The notes under the pieces: generated by a model | The model's database searches: none | What the model was told of the DNA's origin: nothing | Seen by the model: the letters and a program-made list of their open reading frames with translations, nothing else | Position numbers and translations under genes: made by a program | Shown here: positions 54,593 through 64,000 of the stretch, one piece after another | Numbering within the stretch: the stretch's first letter is position 1 | Layout of the letters: each line of letters opens with the position of its first letter | Source of the DNA: Bdellovibrionales bacterium | Lineage (GTDB): Bacteria > Bdellovibrionota > Bdellovibrionia > Bdellovibrionales > UBA1609 | Assembly: GCA_965261545.1 (NCBI GenBank) | Contig: CBDHDF010000002.1 | Location: forward strand, 352,001-416,000 | Length of the DNA: 64,000 nt | Direction of reading: 5' to 3'

Positions 54593-56412
54593 ATCCGACA
54601 TAACGGGTCAACTGATGAAGGTTGTTTTAGAGACGGCCCTTAATGCGGAAATGGACGATCACCTAGGTTATGAGAGGCATGAGAAGTCTGAGACCCGCAA
54701 ATCCAACACTCGCAATGGTTACAGTAGAAAGACCATAAAGGGAGAGAAAGGCGAGGTGGAGCTTCAGGTCCCCCGTGACCGAAGTGCCTCCTTTGAACCT
54801 CAAGTCATTCCCAAGGGTAAGACTCGTCTTGAGGGCTTTGAAGACAGTATCCTGACCCTCTATGCGAGGGGAATGACGACCAGGGATATTCAAGGAGCTA
54901 TCAAAGACCTCTACCATGGTGCAGAGATATCCCACTCAGTGATAGCCAACGTGACGGATGCTGTTATTGATGAAGTTACGGCTTGGCAGAACCGCCCCTT
55001 GGATAGCACTTACCCTATCGTATTTTTGGACTGTATCGTGGTGAAGGTCCATCAAGACAAGAGAGTTATTAATAAGGCGATTTACCTAGCTCTTGGTATT
55101 ACAGAGGAGGGTCAGAAAGACTTGTTGGGCCTATGGATTTCTGAAAATGAGGGTTCAAAGTTTTGGTTGAGTGTTTTGACTGAGCTGCAAAATCGAGGGT
55201 TGAAAGATGTATTTATATTTTCTGTAGATGGTCTTACAGGTTTTCCTCAAGCCATTTCAGCGGCTTTTCCCAAGTCTAAAGTGCAACTGTGCATTGTCCA
55301 TATGGTCCGCAATTCCCTTCGCTATGTTCCTTCCAAGGATATGAAAGCTGTCGCCCAAGACCTCAAGTCCATTTATGGCTCTACGACTCTGACAGAAGCT
55401 GAAAAGGCCCTTGAGGAATTTTGTACCAAGTGGTCTTCAAAGTATCCTAATATTGAAAAGTCTTGGCGTAGGAATTGGGACAATCTCATCACTATTTTCG
55501 ATTATCCGGATGAAATCAGAAAGATTTTTTATACCACAAACGCCATAGAGTCGTTAAATAGCGTGATCCGCAAGGCGATCAGAAATCGTAAGATATTTCC
55601 CAGTGATCGGTCGGCTTTAAAAGTTGTATATTTAGCGATAAAAATGGCCTCTAAGCGATGGACACGACCATTACACAACTGGAAGCCAGCCATGAACAGG
55701 TTTGCCATTGAATACGGTGACCGTTTTGACAACTAAGTTTTTTAATAAGGTCCACCACCTGCCTTATAAGGGGGCTTAAAAGCCCCTCTAAGGCGTTGAC
55801 AGAAGTACTGGAATACCGAGACTATGGTTAGGGTAATATAGTATGGGAACCTAAATACATGCCCTCTTGGTGCAGATTTGGGTTTCCATTTTTTTTCATA
55901 TTTCATCCCAATTCTGGTATTTCTCGAATATCCTAAGTTAAAAAAAATAAAAAAAAGGGGGTAATATAGTATGGGAACCTAAACACATGAACCCTTTGAT
56001 GAGATTGGAATTTCCATTTTTTTGAGAGAGCCATTGCTGATTTTTTTTCAACCAAGATGATAATTATTTATTTGAGTTCTTTCCAGTTCTGATATGATCC
56101 CATTACGGCTCCATAATACAATCAAAAGTCCAGAGTAACTAAAGAGGCCAATTATATAGACCAGCGAAGATGTCCACCTCCCCATTAACTTATAATGCAT
56201 TGTGACTGACAAAATCGCTTGAAGGAAAAAATGTCAATTATACATTGACGAATAATATGGGACTGTGCTTTTTGCCAGGAGTGGAGCCACATAAGTGGCT
56301 TTAAGATTTAAGAAAAAAATTGCAGTTACACAATTATTTTTACAGTCCCTAAGGAAACGGCATTGGTCCTAGGAGAGTAGGGGTTTTATGCACTTCCCCC
56401 TTTCGTTCACAA

Positions 56413-56622
56413 CTATGCAATCGATTCTTCATTTACAACATGCTCAATAGATCGCGGGTTCTCCATTTTTTCGGAGGCGTTTAAAACTTCCATAGCCACA
56501 ATATTACCTTTTTTGTCATAATCAAGAATAACTCCTGACCCATTTTCTTCACTCTCGACTATTTCACGATCGGAAAGAACAATTCTAATAATATCAACTT
56601 CAGCATCATAAGAAACTTTCAT
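56413..56622 (-). CDS. DUF2283-type small protein (putative antitoxin)
   Basis: MKVSYDAEVDII..GVILDYDKKGNIVAMEVLNAS pattern; start overlaps the upstream stop (TAATG). Confidence 0.8.
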   Translation of the reverse strand: MKVSYDAEVDIIRIVLSDREIVESEENGSGVILDYDKKGNIVAMEVLNASEKMENPRSIEHVVNEESIA

Positions 56623-56891
56623 TATTTGAACTCCCAATATTTCTTTATCTTACTTGTTTTATAAACAGTAATTATCTTAAACGGAATCTTTCTCTCATCA
56701 ACTATAATACGAATTAAATACACTTTACCATTAGAAAAAGGTAACCGAGACTGGTAAACACGGCACCCAGAATAGCTACCCACAATCTGTTCAGGTTTTA
56801 ATAAAACTCCTTCGAGAAGTATCTCAGAAATTCTCCTCCTTTTCATTTCCTGCATAACATGTTTTGATAGTACAAATTTTTTATTATTCAG
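56622..56891 (-). CDS. DUF4258-type small protein (putative RelE-like toxin); possible CTG start
   Basis: LSKHVMQEMKRRRI..PEQIV..LIRIIV..IITVYKTSKIKKYW. Confidence 0.75.
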   Translation of the reverse strand: MNNKKFVLSKHVMQEMKRRRISEILLEGVLLKPEQIVGSYSGCRVYQSRLPFSNGKVYLIRIIVDERKIPFKIITVYKTSKIKKYWEFK

Positions 56892-57262
56892 ACTCTACCT
56901 CTCCACTTCACCTAATATTTCCAAATATTTTTTAATCTGCTTATGCTATCAAGTATCTTTTTACAAATCATCATAGCTTTTTATTTTTTTAGATCCGATC
57001 ATACACCTCTCCTTTCCTTTAGCACTGTCCTATGGATGTTTAGAATCTATCTCTTTCTCCCAATAATCTTTCAACATGACCAACTGATACCTACTACCAG
57101 CCTTGATTAGCGGTGTTGGAGGATGGTCGACTTGACCCACCATCTTAAAGTTATGGCTTCTCCTCATAAATACCACCAAAAACCCTGAATACCAAGGGTT
57201 TGAGCTAGAAACTCCTTTGATCTTTTGCTGGATGAGAGCTTTTTTTTTGGATTCAAGTCTTT

Positions 57263-57440
57263 TTGCCTCCTCGATGCGGGCTTTTTCTCGCTGAAGGCTT
57301 GACTGTAGGAACTAAGGAAGAAAGGGTCCCTAAGATTCTCACAAAAGATGAGCTTAGGATACTTCTTAAGCAGGCTAAAACAAGCAACAATCCTTGGTAT
57401 CCCACATGGGCTTTTGCTATTTCCCGGAGGGGAGGGCAAA
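57263..57440 (+). pseudogene. Possible tyrosine recombinase fragment
   Basis: PKILTKDELRILLKQAK..PWYPTWAFAISRRG resembles the segment leading to the first catalytic Arg. Confidence 0.35.
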
Positions 57441-58353
57441 CTACTCCCCGGACACAATGGCAAACTTTTGGAGGTTGGCACAACGTGTCGAACTACAATT
57501 TCACTTGCCTTAATGTTCACCTCAACCTCCTTCACCAGTAGCCTTACAATCTCCTTTTTTTGCTCAAAACTCAATACCTTTAAATTGGCACTCACTTTTT
57601 TTTGGAATTCTTGGAGTTGATCTACAAGCTGTAGTTGTTGTCCTTCTTGCCTTTGCTCATACTCTAAAGATTGCTTTTCATTTTCAAGTTGCTTTATTTT
57701 TCCTCTTATTTTTTTTAATCGTGACTCTATTTCTGATAGATTTAGAGTTCCATTTTGATAAAGATCCAAGAGACGTTCCTTTTCATGTGTTATTTGACGA
57801 ATCTCCTGAGCCTTTTTTACAATTAATTTTTCCAATGATTGTTGTTCACCTTTTTGCTCATGAATTCTACTTGTATACTCATCTATAACTGTCTGCGGAT
57901 TTTCAAGTAATTTAACTGTTTGTTCCCAAACTAAGTCATCTAAAACTTCAACTCTTACGGGATGAGATGAGCAAACTCTACCTTTAGCTGGCCACCTATA
58001 ACCATCTTGTCCCATGCAGCGATAATAACAAAGCTTCCTGAAATCCCTAAAAGTTGTAACTAGGTTTAATGTATTGCGTTAACTTTCCTCTCTTCCTATG
58101 GAATTGGCTGCTGTCAACGGTTTGAGAGGTTTAATAGTATTAATATATTTAATATGATTCATAAGAATTTGCTGCGAAAGGTCCTCTTCGTCCCCATTGG
58201 ATAGATGAGGCATAGTGGTAGCCACAGCCACCGTCACATTTGAAACAGATAAAAAACATCATTTTGTCTTGGGAAGCCCATCTATTTGGAAGGCTGAAAA
58301 AATATCCTTTTGTTTTTTAGACAGCTCTCCAAGCATCAGATCACCTGTAGCTA

Positions 58354-60508
58354 GTTCCTGTCCAGGGAAGAAAGTTAAGTAGTTTTAAGTATTTACATGC
58401 CTTCCCTTTAGATTTTATGCTTTAAAATGGAGTCCATCAAACATAATCCGTGTAAATTCAGTTACTTACATAAAACGGAAAAATAAAATAAGTTCCCCCC
58501 CCCCCCCCCCCCTCTCTTGACGAACCTTTCACAGCCCCTCCCTTTCAGTGACTTATGTGGCTATCAACTGGTTACTTGATATGAGAGGAAGAGTTGGATC
58601 AACCTGTGTTTCCACCGTGGTGATTTCAAACCTCCTTCAGGGAAATAACATTACGTTGCGCATCAACTTCAAAAAATACTTGACGTGTTTTTTCAGAGAA
58701 ATAATTTTTGATATTTTATTCTTCATTTATTTTTTATGTAGGTTTTAGGAGGCGTGGGAACCTCTCTATGAGGTAGAATTCTTATCCATGTTCTCCGAGA
58801 ACCTCTCTGATTTTTTTCTTCTTAAAAGACATCCTTGCTCACTTTTTTCCCTCAAAAAAACGTATGTTAATATAAAAATTAAAGAGAAACTTTCACCAAA
58901 GGGGGGACTATGCGCCATTTGAAGAAGACACAGTTGGGACTCTTTTCCCAATATCCTAACCACCAACTCAGTACAGAATTGCAGCAAATTAATAACATCA
59001 TTGATCGCCATCCAGAGTTTGCCCATATGGTTCATGAAGACCTTGTTAAAGAAAAGAAAGATTCTGGTGATATTGGTATGACATCGGAGCAAGTTCTCAA
59101 GGTGGCTATTCTTAAATCCATAAGAGGTCTTTCCTATCGTGCGTTAGCCTTTAATCTTGTCGATTCAGTATCCACCAGAGCTTTTCTGGGCCTTGAATTG
59201 GAAGAAAATTACGCTCACTCCACCTTACAGGACTTGATTGTTCAAATAAGTGAAGAAACTTGGGGAATTATTAGCGCCTCTTTAGTTTCAGATGCAAGAG
59301 ATCAAAAGATTGAGCCGTGTAAGAAAATGAGATTGGACAGTACAGTGACGAAATCAAATATTCATCATCCAACGGATGCATCGCTTTTATATGACTGCAT
59401 AAGAGTTACAGAAAGAGAATTTAAAAAAGTTCGTAAAAATGTCATGAAAGATTTTTGGCGACTTATTTCAAGAGAAGATCTTAAGAGAGCAAAAACCTTG
59501 CTTTACAAAATTAATAATTCCAAAAATGATGCGGAAAGACTACCTTGCTATAAGGAGCTTTTAAAAATCGCTACCAAATTGAACAAAGGATTACCTGATA
59601 CCATCAGAAAGATAAAAAAAGAACAAAAATGTGTGAAGATGAATGCTTTGAAAAAGAGTCTAAAACAGTTAGAAAATGTTGCCTTCTACCTGGAAAAAAT
59701 CATCTTTCAAACTCAAAAAAGAGTTATTGAGGGGAAAAAAGTATCTTCTGAAAAAAAGGTCCTATCCATCTTTGAACCGCATACAGACATTATTGTAAAG
59801 GGGCAAAGAGAAGTCGAGTTTGGGCATAAAATCTTTTTGACCTCAGGGCAAAGCAACATGATTTTAGATTGTCAGATCCCTGATGGCAACCCCGCAGACT
59901 CTGATATGTTTTTAAAAGTTATGAATTCAGTGACACAAACCTATGGGGCTTGCCCTGTAAAAGTAAGTGCAGATGGTGGGTTTGCTTCAAAAGAAAATCT
60001 TGAAGAGGCCAAAGAGATGGGGGCTAAAGATGTTTGCTTCCCAGAAAAAAAAGGAATGAAAATATTAAAGATGGTTAAAAGTGCTTGGGTCTTTAAAAAT
60101 CTTCTCAATTGGAGAGCCGGAATAGAGGCTGTTATTTCATTCCTTAAGAGATGTTTTGGTATGAGAGTTGCTTACTGGAAAGGGCATGATGGTTTTAAGA
60201 GGTATGTAAAGAATGCCGTTTGTGCCTATAATTTTGTTGTCTTGGCAAGACATGAATTATCAACTGTCACCTAAATTTATCCATTAGGAATAACAGCAAT
60301 GGACCAGGTCGAAGGTGCTAAAATCTTCCAAAGGTAGGGGTGCGTCTTCAAATCGAAAAAACTAGGGCGCAAGTCGCTTAAAGACCTTTTTCCCCTTAAT
60401 CTGTAGAGTTTGTGTGGCAAATCTCCAACTCTCACTCCCCCATTGAGGCATTGGGAGGCTCAATGGGGAGTGTCAGAGAACAAAAAATGGGCCTTTCTGG
60501 ACAGAAAC
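58354..60508 (+). mobile_element. ISNCY/IS5-like element, copy 2
   Basis: Same ends as copy 1; TAGCTA duplication (58348-58353, 60509-60514). Confidence 0.9.
58910..60274 (+). CDS. DDE transposase (ISNCY/IS5-like), 454 aa
   Basis: As 6532-7896. Confidence 0.9.
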   Translation: MRHLKKTQLGLFSQYPNHQLSTELQQINNIIDRHPEFAHMVHEDLVKEKKDSGDIGMTSEQVLKVAILKSIRGLSYRALAFNLVDSVSTRAFLGLELEENYAHSTLQDLIVQISEETWGIISASLVSDARDQKIEPCKKMRLDSTVTKSNIHHPTDASLLYDCIRVTEREFKKVRKNVMKDFWRLISREDLKRAKTLLYKINNSKNDAERLPCYKELLKIATKLNKGLPDTIRKIKKEQKCVKMNALKKSLKQLENVAFYLEKIIFQTQKRVIEGKKVSSEKKVLSIFEPHTDIIVKGQREVEFGHKIFLTSGQSNMILDCQIPDGNPADSDMFLKVMNSVTQTYGACPVKVSADGGFASKENLEEAKEMGAKDVCFPEKKGMKILKMVKSAWVFKNLLNWRAGIEAVISFLKRCFGMRVAYWKGHDGFKRYVKNAVCAYNFVVLARHELSTVT

Positions 60509-62253
60509 TAGCTAATTCATAAAATTTTAATCGGTCCATCATTTTGTAAATTTCTATTTTAGACATTTTTTTATATAACTTCTTATCTTTCATAACAGTA
60601 TCAATATGTGAAATTAAAATTAAAGAGAGAAAATTAATAAAGATGCTTCCCCTCATATTCATGAGAGAATGAACTCGACTTCTCCTTCCATTAATATCAT
60701 GCTTGAATGAGAAAAATACTTTCTCAATGATATCTTTGTTTCGATATAAACTCAATATATTTGTTTTCTTTAAATCATGACTATTTGTAATTAATATCAT
60801 AATACCCAGCGTAGAAGATTCTTCATTAATATTTTCTTCATTTAAAGAAATCTTAAATGGAGTGCAATCAGAGATATTGAGAAACCTTTTTTTATTTCCT
60901 AAAGTTTCTTTCATATAGGAACTAGCTTGTTCTTCTGATTTCAAATCTTTCTCAAGAAAGAGTTTCATAAAATCAAGCAACTCTTTCATTAACACAGATT
61001 CCTCATAAACCCTTCTTTCTTTGTCTAAGAAAATATGAGCCGTACAATCAAATCCTCCGATTTTTATTGATTCTTTGCAATGCGAATAAATTTCCTCATT
61101 AAAAGTAAAAGAGCATGATGGAGATTTTATTTTCTCATTTAAAGCCACAGCAAGCTCTCTTGAGAGTTTTGTTCTAAAACTCATGGGTATCAAATACTTC
61201 AATTCCTTACGATGCAGTCCCTTAATATTTTCTACACTAGAAAAACCCTTATCCATAACTAAACAATCTAAATCTAATTTATAACTTGTTATGATCTCAA
61301 TAATATTCGATAAAGTTTTGACATCCGGTATACTTCCAGGATAGATTCTGTACGCTATAGGCGTATGAGTTTTATTGTCTTCAGATTTCCTACTTATCAG
61401 ACCTAAGTTTATTTGTTCGAGATTCTCTCCATCTCTGTTGTAACCTTTCTCTAAAAATTCATTATTCATAGAGTAGGAAGAAAAGGATGTGATGTCAAAC
61501 ATTACCGTACCAGAACCCTTCACTTGATTTATCCATTCGCTAAAGAAAGATTCTATCTTTTTTTGATCTCTCCCAAGATCACATAAGAGATTGCTTATTT
61601 TTTGTGACGACATAAAATTTTTCTTTGAAACATAAGCTTCTTGACACCACATATCGTAAAGATAAAAGGGCTCTCTTTTGATTATTTTAAAAAAAGCTAA
61701 ATGCAAATAATGTTCGTAATTATCTGGATAAATTTTAGACAATGTTTTTAGAAGATTTAGTTGTTCGCATATTTTCTCTAAGAAAAATAAGGCTCCCACA
61801 TTATAGGAGCCTATGGGAATCTTTTTTCTTTTGGTCTTAATTTGACCTGTAAACTCATCCTTTCTTCCAAGGTAGATGCGTTTTTGCCTGGCCTGCTTTT
61901 TTTCCTTGTCCCAAAAGCTTTCAACTTTATAGACATAGGTTTTTCCCTTATTTTTTTGCTCAAAAGTGTATGACATCGTTAATATTGTAACTATGCTTTT
62001 GAAGAGATGACAATCTCTTAATCAAAGTGAAGGCCTTCTCAGACAATAATCAGGACTTAAGTCCTACACCTAGTTACAACTTTTAGGGATTTCAGGAAGC
62101 TTATACCTTGAGTGAGAAGCAGGTTTGCCATAGATCGAATAACCACACTCTTTGCATCATAAAAGGTAAATCATCGAGGAACCCCGTCTTTCAATAATTT
62201 TGAGATGTAATAGACTGAATCCATAACCACTAACTACTTACGAGGAGATAGAT

Positions 62254-62652
62254 ATGGATTTAGAGATTTTACGCAAGAAATTGAGCACATATCGTGGCCC
62301 AAGCGGCCGCATACGAGGAGCCAGTGATGAACTCCTTTATGAGTTGCTGACGGCCTGGGAGAATTGGTCGGGTCCGATGAGCGGCTTCTATAAATCTCTT
62401 GGAGTCAGTAGGAATGGTATGGCCTCAATGATAGGCAAGGCAAAGAAGCTAAAAAGAGAGGGCCATTTTCCGGAGTCAGAGTTTAAAGAGATCAAGATGG
62501 AGCCAAGTTCTTCGCTCCCAGGGGTGAGTTCTCCCTCCCATTCAGGCATCATTTTGAGATGGTCAAGGGGGCAAGTCATCCGTTTTCCCCATGTGGATGG
62601 GCTGATTGAATTTCTAAATAAGACAGATAAGACAGAAAAGAAGGCCTCATGA
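62254..62652 (+). CDS. tnpA: IS66 accessory protein (TnpA position)
   Basis: Position upstream of tnpB with ATGA overlap; HTH-like segment. Confidence 0.65.
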   Translation: MDLEILRKKLSTYRGPSGRIRGASDELLYELLTAWENWSGPMSGFYKSLGVSRNGMASMIGKAKKLKREGHFPESEFKEIKMEPSSSLPGVSSPSHSGIILRWSRGQVIRFPHVDGLIEFLNKTDKTEKKAS

Positions 62653-63005
62653 TAGCTTTGAACCGCAGGACCAAAATATTCGTCTGTAAGGAGCCCACAG
62701 ATATGAGGGCTTCTTATGATTCTTTATTTCATCGAGCCAAGACAGTTTTAGACAAGGACCCTTTTTCGGGTCATTTATTTTTGTTTGTCAACCGCCGTCG
62801 TACGTCGTGCAAGTGCCTGTACTATGATGGCACAGGATTGGTAATTTTATCCAAGCGTCTTGAGCAGGGAACATTTTCTAGGATCAATCCTTTTCATAGT
62901 AAAGAAATTGTATTAACAGAGGCCGAGTTTGGTTTATTTTTTGAGGGAGCGAATTTAGAAAAAAGGTTTATAGAAAGTCCTTTGGAGATAAAAAAAAGTT
63001 GCTAA
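62649..63005 (+). CDS. tnpB: IS66 accessory protein TnpB
   Basis: PTDMR, DPFSGHLFLFVNRRR and KRLEQG motifs. Confidence 0.93.
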   Translation: MIALNRRTKIFVCKEPTDMRASYDSLFHRAKTVLDKDPFSGHLFLFVNRRRTSCKCLYYDGTGLVILSKRLEQGTFSRINPFHSKEIVLTEAEFGLFFEGANLEKRFIESPLEIKKSC

Positions 63006-63066
63006 AAAAATATTCCCAATGAGTCAAGAGTTGTCACTTTAAAAATATTTGTTTATCCTTTTATTT

Positions 63067-64000
63067 ATGAGCCAAGAAGATCTTTTCAAAGTTGTTCCAA
63101 AGACTCGATTTGACTTGATAAAAAAAGGTGAAGTTGTTTACCTTTTCCAAGAAGCCGAGCACACCATCCGCAAGCTGCAAAAAGAGATCAAAGACTTAAG
63201 AAATCTCCATGGAGAACTGAAGCAAAAAACTTTCTTGGTGGATGAGCAATATATTCTTTTAAAGAACAAGCTTTTTGGCAAAAGCTCAGAAAAGGAATCT
63301 CCAGATAATAAGAAAGATTCATCCCACCCAGCTTCGTTTCAAAATTCTACTTCTGACAAGGATGAAAAAAGAAAAAAGCGTATCCAGCTCCCCTCGGAAA
63401 GATATCCCAATGCCCCCGTTGTTGAACAAGAGGTGGAGCTTCAAGAACCTCCCAAATGCACTTGCTGTGGGGCCGAGATGAAGGACTCAGGTCTTACGGA
63501 AGCCAGTGAGTACCTCACCGTGGTTCCTGCCAAATATCTTATTATTAGACAAAAACGCCACAAATATAACTGTGGCCGTTGTCACGGGAGTCTTAAAACC
63601 GCTCCTACCCCCCCTCGAATCAAACCAAAGAGTTCTTACAGCGATGAAATGATGTTGGATGTGTCTTTGACCAAATACTGTGACCTCATTCCCATAGAGC
63701 GCTATGGGGCCATAGCTGGAAGAGCTGGGCTCGAAGGCTTACCTCCCCAAAGTCTCATAGAGTTGACCCACCATGTGGCCGACTTTACAAAAGGAGCTTA
63801 CGATAAGCTCAAAGAAGAGATTCAAAGCAGCCAGGTTCTTCATGCCGATGAAACCCCTCACAAAATGCTTGAGAGAAATGGGGGGAAGAGTTGGTATTTA
63901 TGGGGATTTTCCAATACAAAGACGAGTTATTTTGAAATACACAACACTCGCTCTGGGGATGTGTCTTCAAAGATGATAAAGAACTCCAAGTGTGAATATT
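63067..64000 (+). CDS. tnpC: IS66 transposase TnpC (3' partial)
   Basis: LFGKSSEK, zinc-finger CTCCG, LHADETP and YLW motifs; frame open to the window end. Confidence 0.9.
   Translation, partial: MSQEDLFKVVPKTRFDLIKKGEVVYLFQEAEHTIRKLQKEIKDLRNLHGELKQKTFLVDEQYILLKNKLFGKSSEKESPDNKKDSSHPASFQNSTSDKDEKRKKRIQLPSERYPNAPVVEQEVELQEPPKCTCCGAEMKDSGLTEASEYLTVVPAKYLIIRQKRHKYNCGRCHGSLKTAPTPPRIKPKSSYSDEMMLDVSLTKYCDLIPIERYGAIAGRAGLEGLPPQSLIELTHHVADFTKGAYDKLKEEIQSSQVLHADETPHKMLERNGGKSWYLWGFSNTKTSYFEIHNTRSGDVSSKMIKNSKCEY

Larger units (their letters stand above)
53029..55736 (+). pseudogene. IS256 transposase interrupted by the intron dimer and a MITE
   Basis: Matches 25463-26665 once the inserts are removed. 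Confidence 0.9.
52956..56349 (+). mobile_element. IS256 copy 3, carrying two group II introns and a MITE
   Basis: Both TIRs present; 8-bp TSD TAAGGAAA. Confidence 0.93.
51547..56365 (+). mobile_element. IS4-family element, copy 5; right TIR split by IS256 copy 3; no TSD
   Basis: Left TIR at 51547; right TIR pieces at ~52946-52955 and 56350-56365. Confidence 0.9.
58259..61976 (-). pseudogene. IS1634 transposase with its last ~30 codons separated by ISNCY
   Basis: ..KFYELA / TGDLMLGELSKKQKDIF.. joins across the insertion. Confidence 0.9.
58037..62096 (-). mobile_element. IS1634-family element b, containing ISNCY copy 2
   Basis: 29-bp TIR; TSD AAGCTT (58031-58036, 62097-62102). Confidence 0.93.
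57164..62160 (-). pseudogene. Large serine recombinase, C-terminal part (Zn ribbon + coiled coil), interrupted by IS1634-b and cut upstream by IS66
   Basis: CKECGYSIYG (62100-62160) joins KLCYYRCMG..C..VRVEVLDDLVWE across the AAGCTT TSD. Confidence 0.82.
62166..64000 (+). mobile_element. IS66-family element (runs off the window)
   Basis: GTAA start; tnpA-tnpB-tnpC organisation. Confidence 0.9.

Noticed and set aside
58495..58512. Long poly-C tract as a phase-variation switch
   Set aside because: The sister copy (~8294-8304) has an interrupted short run; likely a homopolymer error in non-coding IS DNA

Overview
About 64 kb of AT-rich bacterial accessory DNA with no housekeeping, rRNA, tRNA or CRISPR features. 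The backbone is a tandem array of 15 near-identical genes ('A'). Each encodes a short head, a variable-length heptad/hendecad coiled coil and a C-terminal PD-(D/E)XK-like domain (DUF3782-type), and every intact copy has a different length. Between 1 and 32 kb, A alternates with a convergent Rpn/YhgA-family gene ('B', 5 copies, with a candidate intragenic antitoxin start) and a decayed hypothetical gene ('C', 5 copies). From 32 to 50 kb the unit has collapsed to A plus a ~330-bp spacer derived from C, and the last four copies are inverted, as shown by a split IS1634 target-site duplication. The region is heavily and recursively invaded by IS4 (x5), IS1634 (x3 plus one end fragment and a MITE), ISNCY/IS5-like (x2, both at TAGCTA), IS256 (x3), ISL3, IS21 (x2, nested), IS66 and a 245-bp MITE, yet no A gene is hit. 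Three identical-looking 626-nt ORF-less group II introns sit in codon 6 of the IS256 transposase, two of them as a precise head-to-tail dimer. The right end holds a DUF4258/DUF2283 toxin-antitoxin-like pair and a disrupted large serine recombinase. Family names come from motif recognition only; no database search was run.
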